Under the pieces are notes generated by a model. That model worked only from the letters and a program-made list of their open reading frames with translations. It was not told where the DNA came from and searched no databases. From contig JAYWIR010000053.1 of NCBI GenBank assembly GCA_036172245.1, positions 372,001 to 436,000 of the forward strand: 64,000 nt of DNA, given 5' to 3'. The position numbers and the translations under genes are program-made. Below, one piece after another: positions 22,386 through 34,590 of the stretch. Numbering within the stretch: position 1 is the stretch's first letter; each line of letters opens with the position of its first letter. The DNA is from Raillietiella orientalis (Eukaryota).

Positions 22386-24412
22386 ACAGCCGACCCCCCG
22401 CGATCGTCTCGAACTCCTGGACGTCTGCCTCGGCGATCACGTGGATCTCTTCCAACAGGGCCAGGTCGAACTCCCACAGGGTGTCGGCCGTACCTCGCCT
22501 GTTACCGTCGTCGCGCAGCCCGTTGACATTCCAACAGGCCGCGCGAATCCGACGGCGACTGGCGAGCCCAGGTGTTACTCCTGGGAAGATGGCAGTGCGG
22601 CGTCCGCCACCTGCTAGGGCGGGACGCTAGGTGGAGGAGGAGGGTCAGGTGCTGAAGACACCTGGTCCCCCTTTTCCATAGGTAACGGCGCGTAGAGCGG
22701 GTCACCACAGGTGGGGTCGCGCCTACCTGTTCGCCCTCCTCCATGGGGGCGGGCTGTTTAGGGTCGGCGCCTGCAGGGGGGAGTTCACCCCCCTGTTCAC
22801 CCTCCTCCATGGGGATGGCCGGTTCGACGGCTTCCGAGCGTGGGAATTCCTCCTACGAACTTCCCACGCTGGCGACGGCTTCCGTCTTCTCCTCCTCGCT
22901 GGTGGAGGGGAGGCGCCCTCTGGGCTTCTGGGACTTGCGTCCCGACTTCCTGGGGGGTGCCTCCGAGGAGGAGGATGTACTTCCGGCCCCCAGGTCTAAC
23001 TCACCTGTGGGGACTTCTCCGCCGGAGCCGGCCTTCGCACGGCCTTGCGCGAGGGGTTCCCACGCTCCGCCAGCGTGACCGCGAGCTCCCCCGCCACCTG
23101 CACGAACGCGGCGTCCGCGGCTTTGACCGGCGCGTCGCGCGGCTCACCCTCTGTGTAAACAGAGGGTTCGCCGTCGTGAGCCTTGGGCGCGGCGGAAACG
23201 GCGAGAGGAGGCTCGTCGCTCCGGGTGGCAACCTCGGGAACGACGATGCGTTCTAGTGCCACCGTGCACTTGCGCAGAGTTTTCGAGCGCGAACCGGGTT
23301 TTTTCGGCTTACCGGCCGTCTTGCGCTCTTTGTTCTCAGCGGGTGGGAGTTTCTTTGGCTTTCTGGCCTCTACAAGCCGCCATCCCTCTTCGCCTCCCAC
23401 CGTTTCAGAAGGTTTATCCTCCGGCTTACGCGCCGGAGGTTGAGGTGTTGGCAGCTTGTGCTGGCCCTCTTCCGCTTTAGGTCTAGAGTCCTTTGAAGCG
23501 CGTTTCCACTGCGCTTTTTTGGCGGCAGGAGGAACCAAGGTGGGGCGCTTGAGGCACACGCACCGAACGTGACCTCGTTCTCCGCACAGGTGGCACTGTA
23601 TGTTCGGACACCTTTTGCGTAGGTGTCCTACTGTGTTACAGTGCCCACAGTAGCGGAGTTTTCCTACGTACCAGAGGTCTACGGCTTCCTGGCAGACCTC
23701 GAGCTTGTGAGGTAGCGCTCTACTCTCCTTCACGGTGACACACGCTGCGGCCTGGCCCCCGAAAACGACATTGTAGCCCTCAAAAATAGTAGCCTTTGGC
23801 CTCAGCTCGTGAACCTCCGAATTTTTTCAATTCCTCACCAACCGCAGACCGCGTCATGCGGCTGGTGATGCCGGTCCGATGTACCACTACGGTCCATCGT
23901 GACTGGCAGGATCTTGAGCCCATCCCTGTTCAGCGGGTTGGTGATCAGACTTTGGGCCAAGTAATGTCCTTACAGACAACCTCGACGCGCTGACCCCCGA
24001 TAAGCACGGAGAGGCCGTCACGATCCTTTGCGAAAATAGTGGCGTTCTGCCGCGCTTTCGTGAAGGCGCGTGCAGTTCGCCCATAGAAAAGGTTGCCTAC
24101 CTGGTAGAGTAGCTAGGGTTCATAACCCGCTGCCTTGTAGGCTTCCATCTCGGCCATGGCTTCTGCGCTAGGCGCGGCACCCATGGCGCTCCAACTCCTC
24201 GCCTTGGGTGGCGAGGGCGATTCCGGGGATGATGGCCCTGTTCCATTTGGCTGTGGGGGCGTACTAGCCTTCCCCACGCCTACTTCCATCGCGGTATTCT
24301 CTGGCATCGTAGCCATCGGACACCGGCGATGTGTGAAAACACGAACATTAGCAAAGAAACTCTCTCCACGCCTGGCTGACGGAGCGTGAAAAAAACACGT
24401 CCGTACTCGACG
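22386..24412 (-). mobile_element. LINE lineage E (copy E'), 5' end, disrupted ORF1 and start of endonuclease
   Basis: GAGTACGGACGTGTTTT near 24395-24410; closely similar to 16875-18860. Confidence 0.92.
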
Positions 24413-24414
24413 AG

Positions 24415-24880
24415 CGGTATCTGGGGACCAGGTCCGCAACGAAAGGTCGTATTTGTATGCCCGTGGTTACGCGATGAAATCAACGTCCGTCGCCTGGCAG
24501 AATACCGCATCGGGACAGAGAGCGAAGCCTGGGAATCCGGGTTGGCCAGCTTGCTGAACGACCAGTGCCGGGAACACTGATCCCCGGAGTCGGTACGGAA
24601 TCTCCTGTTGTGCTATTATTCCTCCCTTTACGCCAGACCCCCCCGGTACGAGACGATTTCCGGCACTTGCTTCCAGATGCTGCCCTTGTAATAGGTGACG
24701 AGGAGAAGTTGAGATTCGACGAGCCTTCTACCACCGGCGAAATTCTCGCCGGTAACCAAAGGCTCAACAGGCGTAAAGCTCCAAGGGAGGACGGCTTGAC
24801 TGCAAATTTCTTCCAGTGCTTAGCGGAAGAACTGGCACTCCCGGAGCTTCAGTTGACAAGACTGATACGAAAGGAAGGCT
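24415..24880 (+). mobile_element. Decayed ORF2 linker/pre-RT fragment (E-like)
   Basis: NVRRLAEYR, YYSSLYA, RKAPREDGL, LTRLIRKEG. Confidence 0.8.
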
Positions 24881-24921
24881 GTGGGCAGCCAAGCTAAACC
24901 ACAGGAGCAACGAAACGTTGA

Positions 24922-25520
24922 TGTTCACCCGGGTGAACCGGGACTTTTATTTTAAAAATTCCTACAAAGCAAAATTTCATGATAAAATCATTTGTTTTCA
25001 ATGTTTGGTTTTTCTTTCATTTTTCTGGTCGACACACATGACCAAACTGTCTTCGGGCACTTATCCTTACCAACCCGTAAGTCTATAAAGTTCCCTATTG
25101 GCGCACGGGATGCAAAAAAAACAAAAAATAAAATAAAATAAACAAAAAAACAAAAACGATGGGAGGCACAAAATTTCTTGGGTGGGGAGAAAAGGGAAGG
25201 GATCACAGTGCACCGTAGAAAGGGCTCTGTATCCGGGTTTGGATGCGAAGTGCCGACAAATTTTTGTGAAGTCGGCTCCGACGGGAAGACTTCTGCAAAG
25301 AGACGGTTGCTCAGTGATAGCATTGCAACATCTTCGTCCTCTCCTGGTTGCAGTCCACTTCTCTAGAATTCCGCGTAAGCAGCAGAGCACTGCTACACCT
25401 GCGGGGCTGAAATGTGTCTTGGAACTGGAGGCGTCTAAAAATGTTTTTTCGGTCGCCAATGCCGGAATGTGTAGGGCCGATGAGATTCTATCCCTTATCT
25501 GGCGGAGAGCAACACACTCC
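24922..25520 (-). mobile_element. LINE lineage H 3' fragment
   Basis: VLCCLRGILEKW; terminus GTCCCGGTTCACCCGGGTGAA on the - strand. Confidence 0.85.
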
Positions 25521-25900
25521 ACCATCTCTTTGCAGGAGGCGCCCCTTCAGTGCGTACTAAGAAAACTTCTGTTGGCACTTGGTGGCATCCATACCCGGAT
25601 GCAAAGGCTTCCCCACGGAGTACCGCGATCAGTTCTATTCCCTCCCCTTCCAGAAAGCATTGTCTTCCCAGTCATTTTCTTTTTTTTTTCCTCCCTATCT
25701 TTTTAGCCTTCCGAGCCAGTGGAGAGATCCTTACCTGCTTTAGGCTCGGTAAGGACAGGTGTTTAAAGACCTTCAGAACTCTGTTTGCTGAAACAAAAAA
25801 AAAAAAATCTTTATTGATTTTTTCAAAAGACAGAACGTTGTATGGAATTTTTATACATGGAAATTTCAATAATAAAAGCCCCGGATTACTCGAGTGAAGA
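25521..25900 (+). mobile_element. Short LINE lineage H 3' fragment
   Basis: H-type 3' UTR (GGTAAGGACAGGTG) and AATAAAAGCCCCGGATTACTCGAGTGAA. Confidence 0.82.
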
Positions 25901-26389
25901 TCCACGAAGATTTACTCGACGACGCTTGAACTAGATTATGAAAAACCCACGCAACTTGCTGTTGGCCCCTTCTACCTTTCCTCCTCCCTTGCTGCTCTTC
26001 CTCACGAACACTAGGGACTGAAACATTCGGGAACTGTTGGAGGTGTCCTGTTTCGTTGAAGGCACAAGGAAACTCTTAGAAGCGTGCACGATACAAGAGT
26101 TATTCGACGTTTCGTCTTCGAGCCCAAGTCTAAAACACTTCTGCATCGAAGCGAACTGCTCGGACCATGATCTTTTTGAGGACTGTGTCAAGATGATCTC
26201 GCGAAAATAATTTAAAAGGAGCGCATGTCAGATGCCGAAGACGAATCTAAACGAACAGTGATTTACTTCCTGCCTTCCCTTCCTACAATAAATGTTTCTT
26301 CTTTTTCAATTCTTTTCCTTTATTTGTGTATTTCTTTTTCCTTTTCTCTTGTCCTTCAAGATCAGCGTTGTGAAGAAAAATTTTATTAA

Positions 26390-28400
26390 TGAATACTTCG
26401 ACATATCCGGTTGTTAGACATCGTTTGGGGTTGAGCATTTCCAGCTCTTCTCGTAGGGCGGGCACTCTGTCCTGCACTACCAGATTTCGCGCTCGGCGCT
26501 CGCCTTTCACTCTGCAAGATGCTCGACGTCATGGATTCTGGAAACGGTCAGCGTCTGCAGAAATTCTCAATTGTTAGCTACGACTTCCCCGGAGCCGCGT
26601 GGAAGGCGATGCAAAGAGAACCGGCTGCAGAGCTCTCCGACAAATCTTTTGAAATGGTCACTGTGAGAATGTTTTTAGATTTCGAAGTCGCAAAGACGCT
26701 GACAAAGATGTTCAGCAGCTTCCCAATAGCTATGCAATTCCCTTTATAAGCTCCTGTTGTTTTACGGAGGCCTCTTGCCTATCATGAGAAGCTCGAATCT
26801 GTGCTGGTCCGACAGCTCAGGTGGTATTATTCCAGTCCTCTTAACGCGGGAATACAGGTTATAATCGAAGACCAAATGAACCAGCGATCTTTCCTTCCTA
26901 GGTTCCTGTCCTTGAAGTTGGTTGCGTGCACATACGCGCACATGTCGATGGCTAGCGAGCACACCCTTGAGGAGATGCAGTCGTCCGAAAGCAGGCAGAC
27001 TTTGAAGTCCCTCGCGAATATGCGCACCAATTATGGGCTGAAGATCTCCAGCCAGTGGCACTGCACTTTGCAAAAGAATGCTATCCTTTTGGCTAGACAG
27101 CTTACGCCACTCGGCTCCTAGACGTTCGTAGCGAGGAGATCGATTGACAAGAAACGTTTGACGACAGCTTGGTCCAATAGACTGGTCTTGTCGTAACGAA
27201 CGCCACGCATTGATTTCTCCAATTTGCCTCTTGCGAGGAACGCCACTGCATTTGACCGTGCGACTTCGCACCACAAAGGTGGCGTTCTTTCATCGCGTTC
27301 CTCGATTTCGGCAGGGTTTAGTATTAGTAGGGTTTTTTTTTGTAAAGTCGCCAGTTTATGGTGTTCATTTATGACTTCCGAAAGCTCATGTGGAGTCTAT
27401 TTCTTATGATTCTATGATTCTTGCCGGAGTTATATCAAAATTTGGAGGGTAGGGAATGGTGAAGTATAATTATGGAAGAGAAGAAGCACGAGCTTCAAGG
27501 AGTGAACGACGTTGCCTACTAGTCGCCTCTTTTCGGCGTCCTAAATTTCGTTCACGTTCAAGCAAGCAACATACTGATGCCGATAAGACGCATTTCCTCT
27601 TAAAAGTTCCGAGGAGATGTCAGCTTTTTACTAGTTTTATCCGTCAGAAGGACAGTGAGCAACACCACTGGTTGGACGGCAATTTCGTTCACGGCCGCCC
27701 TCGCTCTGCATGCAGCCGTGTAGCAACTCTGCAGTGCTTCCCTGAATCTTCTTCTTCACTTCCTCAGAAGCTGAGCACGGGCACCCTATTCACCTGCTTT
27801 CGTTTTCAAGGTCTTGTCCTGGTTCTTTATCCTGAGTGACTCTAGCAAATCTGCCGAAGGCGCAGACTTGTGGTAGGGCAAAAAGCAATCGATGGTCCCT
27901 CAATAGCAACTTGATGAAAGTCAGGAAAGACTGGCTCTTTGCCTTCAGAGAAAAACTGGCAGTGTTTGCTAGCTCCACGGCAGTCCTGACTTTGGGTACG
28001 TGATCACAGCGTCTCTTTTGGTGACGGTTGTTTCCCGGATGCGCGCGATTTCTATAGCGAATCGCCTTATCGCGTGAGGAACCTTCCCACGAGTCCTCAC
28101 CGCGCAACGCTTTTCCGGGAATCACGGAATGTAGTTTTCGAGCGCGTCTTGTAAGCTTTTAATTTCTGCTCTTTTCTACAACCGTGCGTTTTACTTTACC
28201 ATCGTCGGAGGCGATCGCGTATCACTACCCGACAACTTCCGAAGTTTCCACCACGGCCGACAAAGGCCCTGCCTTCGCAGCAGCTTCAAACGGCTTCTTC
28301 ATGGTCTCGTCGGCAACTGCCAATGCTCGTGCTCTCACTGTGTAGGTGTGGAACGGCTCTCAGCTGCGTGCCTGCGCGCGGTAACTGTTTTGGAGTTCCG
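26390..28400 (-). pseudogene. Heavily decayed LINE (endonuclease and ORF1 tail, F-like)
   Basis: FARDFKVCLLSDD, DMCAYVHATN, ELSDQHRFELL; boundaries approximate. Confidence 0.72.
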
Positions 28401-28439
28401 ACTTTCCAAGGTAAATTTTTCCTGCCTCCGTCGAGACAT

Positions 28440-29478
28440 AAACGCTAACCAGTACCTGCGGTAGATCGTTTTCAACCCACAAAAGCTTTTATGGACTTCA
28501 TTCACCCTCCTTGCACCGTGCTATCCTACCTCAAAGAAGCAAGGGACATAAAAGAGGAGGCATCCTGAGAAGTGTCCTACCTCATCGGATGCAGGAAAGA
28601 AATCATCAAGGCGTGGACGCCCGGGAACCAGCGAAAGCTGCAACACCGAGTGTCCCACCAAATGGAATTGGCGCTGGGACGAGCTGCTCGGTATTTCTAC
28701 GGAGAAGGTGAAGTGTCCCCCAACGTCTCGTGACTACGGCACCCTCTCCCTGCAGTGGTAGGAGACGGTGTAGCTTCTGCTCCATTGGGGACTTTGTGAG
28801 CAGAGAACTCCTTTCTCATGGTCCTCCGGGAGTATGGATTATAATTGTACATTGTACCAGGAATGGGAGACCTTTCCCTACTTAGTCATTAAGTGTTTTT
28901 CCCTGCGCCAGATGTAAAATCGACTCTTGTCGACCCTAAACATTCCGATTGGAGACCCGAAAAACATTTTCATACGCCTCCTGTTGCAAGAAGCCATGAC
29001 AGCCCCCGCATGTGTAGCGGTGCTCTGTTGCATACTTGGAATTTTGGACAAGTGGACTACAGCCAGGAGAGAACGAAGAAGTCGGAATGCCATCCACTGT
29101 GCAACCATCTCTTTGTAGAAGGCTTCTCGTTGGCGCCGACTTAACATTTGCCGGCACTTGTTCTCATCTAAACCCGGATGATGAGGCTCCCCACGGCGTA
29201 CCGTGATCCCTTTCCTTCCCTACCCACCCTATAGACATTGTCTCCCAAGCATTTTTTCTTTTTTTGGTTTCTTTGTTTTGTTTTGTTTTCTCTTTTCCCC
29301 GTTTTCTTCGTCAGTGGAGAGGACGTCATTGGCATACATTTCGGAAATGACAAGTGCTTAAGACAATAAGAACAGTGTGTTCTAAATGGAAAACAAGTGC
29401 AGACGACAGGACTTGATTATAAAATACTTAATTGTAAAAATTTTTAATAACAAAAGCTCCGGCTTACTCGGGTAAAAA
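28440..29478 (+). mobile_element. Decayed LINE 3' fragment (H/B-like)
   Basis: VLCCILGILDKW...RNAIH; terminus GCTCCGGCTTACTCGGGTAAAA. Confidence 0.8.
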
Positions 29479-29619
29479 TCCAAGGTGGATAGGATCTCTC
29501 CTTATTTAGCTTTCCTTTTCGGCCACTCAAGCGTGTAAGAATGGAACAGGCGCGCTTTGCGTCATCGTTATTGCTATTCTTTACATATTTTGTCACCGCC
29601 AATCACTCGGCCTTCATGA

Positions 29620-30200
29620 AGCGCGATGGCGCAAGTGTGGTCACTTGACCTCTGGCAAGAGCGCTTGCCATAGCCGCGAATTTCCCGAGATTCATTTTCT
29701 TGGGGCTTTCCTGCCACGAGAGGGGCTCTCGACGCTTGACGAGCGAAGTCTTTTGCTGTTTGTCAGCATTTGATTCCATTTTGGCTGGCTTCTACCGCAC
29801 CTTTTTTTTTCTTCTGCGGAGTTTTTTTTTACCGCGACCTTTTTCGCACGGCAAAGCGTTGAATCTGCCTTCTTGCTTGTGATTTCCATACAATTTCTTA
29901 CGTCGTTTCCGGATAACCTGTTGTATCGGAATTGACATAAAGGGCAATTTTTGGATTGGTGCCCTCGATCTCCACATTTTTCGTATGATGGAGTCTTAAA
30001 TGCTCATTACAGATGAACGAAAGTGTTTTTCACCTATGGCTTCGTAGGCAGAAGACGACACTCGGGCGTGATGGGCCGCACCGCATTGGTTCCGCTGTGA
30101 ATGGTCACGATGTCCTTTAAGGCGCTCCGAACCATCCATAGTGCCTGGACCTTGGCAAATCTCGCCAACGCGTTTCATATTTTGCGATCGAAAACCTTGA
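29620..30200 (-). pseudogene. Decayed ORF1 fragment (F-like)
   Basis: Remnant knuckles (GHQSKNC..., RYNRLSGNDVRNC) and similarity to 15700-16050. Confidence 0.65.
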
Positions 30201-30920
30201 GCTGCGAATATTCGGATTTTGAATAAATAATAACTACAATTGTTATACGATGAATACAAATCAACAGGAAAGCATTATAAATCACTTCGCAGAATACCGA
30301 ATGGTCATGAAATGTTGTGAACACAACGCTGAAAACTATTAGTTTCTCATGCTATTTGGAATTTTCAAGGGTTCAGTTGACACATTGAGCATGTTGTGGT
30401 GATTTGTCAGTACATCATCTGAAGTTCTCATCGCCAAACTAGTAATTATGAGTTCTGCGACTCTTATGTAGCCGCAGTTCGTATACTCTTAAAAGACAAA
30501 ACCGGAAGCTACAAGGACTTTATTCTACGCAGCAACTCAATCGCTGCGTCGTTTAATTAGTTTCTCCCTTCAACTTCACCGTCACAACTTTTCCTGCAGG
30601 CCAACTGCATCTCAGTCTGCCAGGTACTGGCTGAAGGTTACGGCCTCTATTCAATCTGAAAAATTTCTCAGGTTAATCTTGGGAATCCCATAATCTTCAG
30701 CGAAATCCCGAAATACATCCAATAGAGAGCTCACATGCAATTCTATGAGGATCTGTTACGATAGAATTTAGAAACAGTGTAAGAAATGAAGCCGAGACAC
30801 TCCCAAATAACCACAACCCCATTCAAGAGAAATTATGGGTGAACTGAGAAGGAACTAGCTCAGAAATCGAGTGCTTTCTTATGGAGAGAAATGCTTTCTT
30901 TGCTCACACATACCACAACT

Positions 30921-31423
30921 TCAACATGTGCAAGTACGATATTTGGTACGCAATGTCACACACCATGCGTCATAATGAATGGAAACATGAAATATAAACT
31001 CATAGCCCAAAATGCCACAAGCAAAGCATTTGGAGAACCAAGCTAGAATGTAGAAGAATACGTACGTTACAATTCTGTGTGGGTAGTTTACAGTACAAGA
31101 GTCTTCTGGACCATCAAAAAAAAAATTAATATACTCCGTTTCATAAGGTCCTTCCACCTAAAGGCATTATAATAACCAGTGGCTAAGTGCACTCCACTTA
31201 CCTCGATGTCCAGCAGACAACTATCCGCAGGACCAACAGCAAATTCATTAGTATATATCATTTCACACTTTGTAGCAGTGTTGTCGAAAAGTAGAACGCA
31301 AGGCCCTTCCAAACGCGTAAAGAATAGTAGATCCACTATGAGTCTATCGTTATTCAAAGTAACGTTTTTATTGACACAAGCGCAGTCAGTTGGGGTACTG
31401 CAGAACATACTAACAGTGGTCAT
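30921..31423 (-). other. Possible host exon or pseudogene fragment, unidentified Cys-containing protein
   Basis: Two overlapping ORFs (31088-31423, 30921-31157) preceded by an acceptor-like TTTTGTGTAG; no recognised family. Confidence 0.3.
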
Positions 31424-34095
31424 CTACACAAAATTAAATTTGGTGACATTTTAAAATACTTAAAAACTTTGGAGCAGAAAGGAGAACACCGACATGCACA
31501 ATTAGAGCATTAAATTTTTTTCATAGTAAAAATTTAACTTCAAATGCAACAAATACCCAGAAAAGCATGCAAAAAGCGAGAACAATTTACCCTTAAGAAA
31601 ACAAGAAGAAGAAATAGTTTCTCAGAGACTCAAGTTCAGTCGCCATACTACCCAAGAGCAATTACTTCAAGACAAAAAAAAAACAGTTGAAGACACCACT
31701 TCTTAAGCAACGGCAGAAGAACTTGAAAACAAAAAATGAAAACCATGCCAAAGAGAGCAACAGTGCCCATCTCCTGCTTCAGCAATCATCCTTACAACGA
31801 AGAACCAGATTCCCCAATGCATCCTGCCTCCGATAGGTCCACACAGAATGAGTCCGAATAACCAATGCCGCGCTCTCACGCAATGCACCAACGCATCTGA
31901 AGGAATAAGCAATTACGCAGACTGCAGACCTATAAAAGCCGTGGTCAACACTTGCAACGATATGACTCAAACTTGTGCAAAACACACAGCTTTCGAAAAC
32001 ATCCCACTCCAGTACACGTGATGCAAAGATCCAGGATTCCCAGCTGAAGGGGCGTTTGCTGCCAGACGGAGATGCAAAGCGAGTACAGAATCAAGACGAC
32101 AAGGTGCGTGCGGCTCGTCGAGAGATAGCTGTGATAGCAATTTACCAATTCATCAGGCCACACGGCGAAGAACTTTATGCTCCTACTCCAAACGTCTTGG
32201 CCGCTGAGTTCATGCAACGGTTCCCACTCACTAGACCTGCAAAGAGAGATCCGGATACTTGCTGAATGATATGCATGTCGAGACAGAAAGATATGGCAGC
32301 CTGACAAATCGTCCACAGCAAGAGGCGATGTTGAAAAGACAATGGGAGGCAATCGGAATTCGTATCAGTCTCTCTGCTTGAATCAGTTGCTACTCCCTGC
32401 AATATACTGTACAGTACGGCGCAAATGCAACTAGATGTCCTTCAGCTAAAACATCACGACAGATCCATCCAACACTCCTGACACTGATCTCTTTTACGTG
32501 CATCGTTCCGTGTTTCCAACGCAACTCACCCCACTATCCAGCAGATCGGCTACGATAGTGCTCACTTTCTCGCAAGAAAGGTAACGAGCGTACCGCTCTT
32601 AGCTCATAGAATCTTAGAAGTTGTTCCCACTGCCAGCATCGGCTGCGTGTACGCCATCGCCATATACATTTCCCGCGAGAAGAACGATATGTTTAGACGA
32701 TAGTGTAAGAACGATAGATTATTCAAAATACCGTTTAGATAGCCTGCCGGCTAGCCAAGGATACTTTGAGGAATTTTTTCTGCAGGTGAGGCAGTCTCGA
32801 GCAGAGTGGTTCTCCTGCAGAGATATTCATTGAAACATCAGCAGGAACATTAGCCATGAACCCGGCGCGCGTTTCACTCGCCTCCACTTCCTGTATAGTT
32901 TGCGAAACGGAAGAGCGATGTACTGCGCAGACTGAAGAGCATCGTCCAAGGTGTGACACGGTTGCATCCAGTTCAGAGACAGTCTCGGTTCTTACTGCGT
33001 CATTTGACTTTGTAAATTGAAAGTTTTCTGGATCAAACGAATATTCAGAAGAGCCCGATCCCAATAAGCAGACTGGAAAAAATCCCAAAGCACGACACGA
33101 GCGAGCGTCAGCACAAAGAGTTCAGGTGCAAAACGAGGTGCAAGAAGCAAACGAAAGGGTAAAGCAAAAGAAGATTCACGATAACGGATGGGTTCATCGT
33201 ACGAGAATGAAGAGAGGAAGGCAAAGTGTTCCTCAACACGGAAATAAGCAAGAAGCTCACAGCTACGATGCAGACCACTGTAACATAGAGCCGAAAGTGC
33301 CTGATGATGCTACCGCATCTACTTCGAACCATCGCTGCAGCGAAAAACAAAAAATGGCAACACTCATCGAAGAGAACGGATCCGAATCCAAGTGCCTTTT
33401 CCGGATACGCTATTAACTCTTCTACAGCTGAACTCTTGTGGGTCGACTGAAGCCGCTCATAGCATAGGAAGGCAGTTCCTCCGTGGAAACGGGTAATAAA
33501 CATTCAAATGAAAAGGAATTGATTGCAAAAGACATTTATGCAGCACGAAGACAGACTCTTCAGCTTCGACCATGAGGATTCAAGAGCAAAGACCTTGGAT
33601 TTCGGCAACGCGTGTTCATGAAAGGCTGATCTCGCAAGGACGCGGTGTGATGGCTCCTTAGTGATACGCTGCAATAAAACTCCAGATGCTATAAATACAC
33701 GTTTTTTGGAGTAAAATCCATGGGTTGGTTGCTCGAAGGGGCAGAAGCTTGAAGATTTTATTATCGCCGTTCTTTGTAAAGTAATATTTCTCTGTCGATA
33801 GATGCCTTAGAGTCTAGTCGGATAAAGTAGAAATTTCCGGGGATCTTACTTGGATCAGATTGACAATTTTCATCAAGCGTAACGAGTCAATGCAGTACGG
33901 ACGTGCTGATCCATGCGGTTCTGCTCACTGGTGCACAAAATGTGCAGAAAGCAGAAAACGCATTTTGGTGGAATGTCAACCCTCTCCGTCGTGATATTCC
34001 CTGTGCGAAACAATCGAAGGCAATTTGACCTTTTAGTAGGGAATTCCTATGCTTAAAGTCCATTGAATATTCTGCGAGATCAATTCACCTTACGC

Positions 34096-34590
34096 GATGG
34101 GAAGCATGCTGGTTACAAGAGCATCACTAACCAAATTGCAATCTGCGCGCTAAAAGCCATTAAGCAATCCTTCGGTGGACTGAGCCACTGACGCATCACA
34201 GATGCACTTTTCTCCAGTTGAGGTTCACCAGGGGAGGCTGCAACGATGAGCAGAGCAGCCAATGCTGAAGTCACGAAAGCTTTTTTTCGTTGCCTCTTTC
34301 GGTTTCACGGCACCTGCCAAAACTTGAAGGTTGTCTGGAATTAATTGAGTGCCTCCTTCAAGTTCAAATACAGAGATGCAAAAATTTTTGTGGACTGGAG
34401 CATCCGGAAGTTTACACATTTTGCACCACATTACGTAATTTTCATTCGATAAGTGGATTTTGGGATTTCGAAGTTGATTTTCTTCATGTTTTCTTGTGTA
34501 CCAGCAGTGTGCAAGAAAGTCGACTTTTCAGAATGGAAGAATGATGCATTCCTATCTTATTGTTCCCTTTTTAAAGATCTACCGCGGCCG
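34096..34590 (+). repeat. Diverged inverted repeat, left arm (partner 36840-37354)
   Basis: GATGGGAAGCATGCTG...CCAAATTGCAATCTGCG...GGACTGAGCCACTGAC recurs reverse-complemented at 37230-37354; weaker similarity continues inward. Confidence 0.85.

Noticed and set aside
3946..24415. Twin-priming 5' inversions as the sole explanation of the four head-to-head junctions
   Set aside because: Closely related A and A' ORF1s abut different RT lineages at the same base. It remains possible for D|C (7634) and E'|fragment (24415).
18895..24420. Single-site specificity for lineage E
   Set aside because: The two E 5' junctions (18905 in A' ORF1, ~24412 in an ORF2 linker) are different sites, so specificity is not shown for every lineage.
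24922..25900. MITE or DNA transposon with CCCGGG TIRs
   Set aside because: The apparent TIRs are two LINE 3' termini, each with its own 3' UTR and ORF2 remnant.
33893..33907. Isolated AGTACGGACGTG matching the 5' motif
   Set aside because: No T-run and no ORF1 homology follows.
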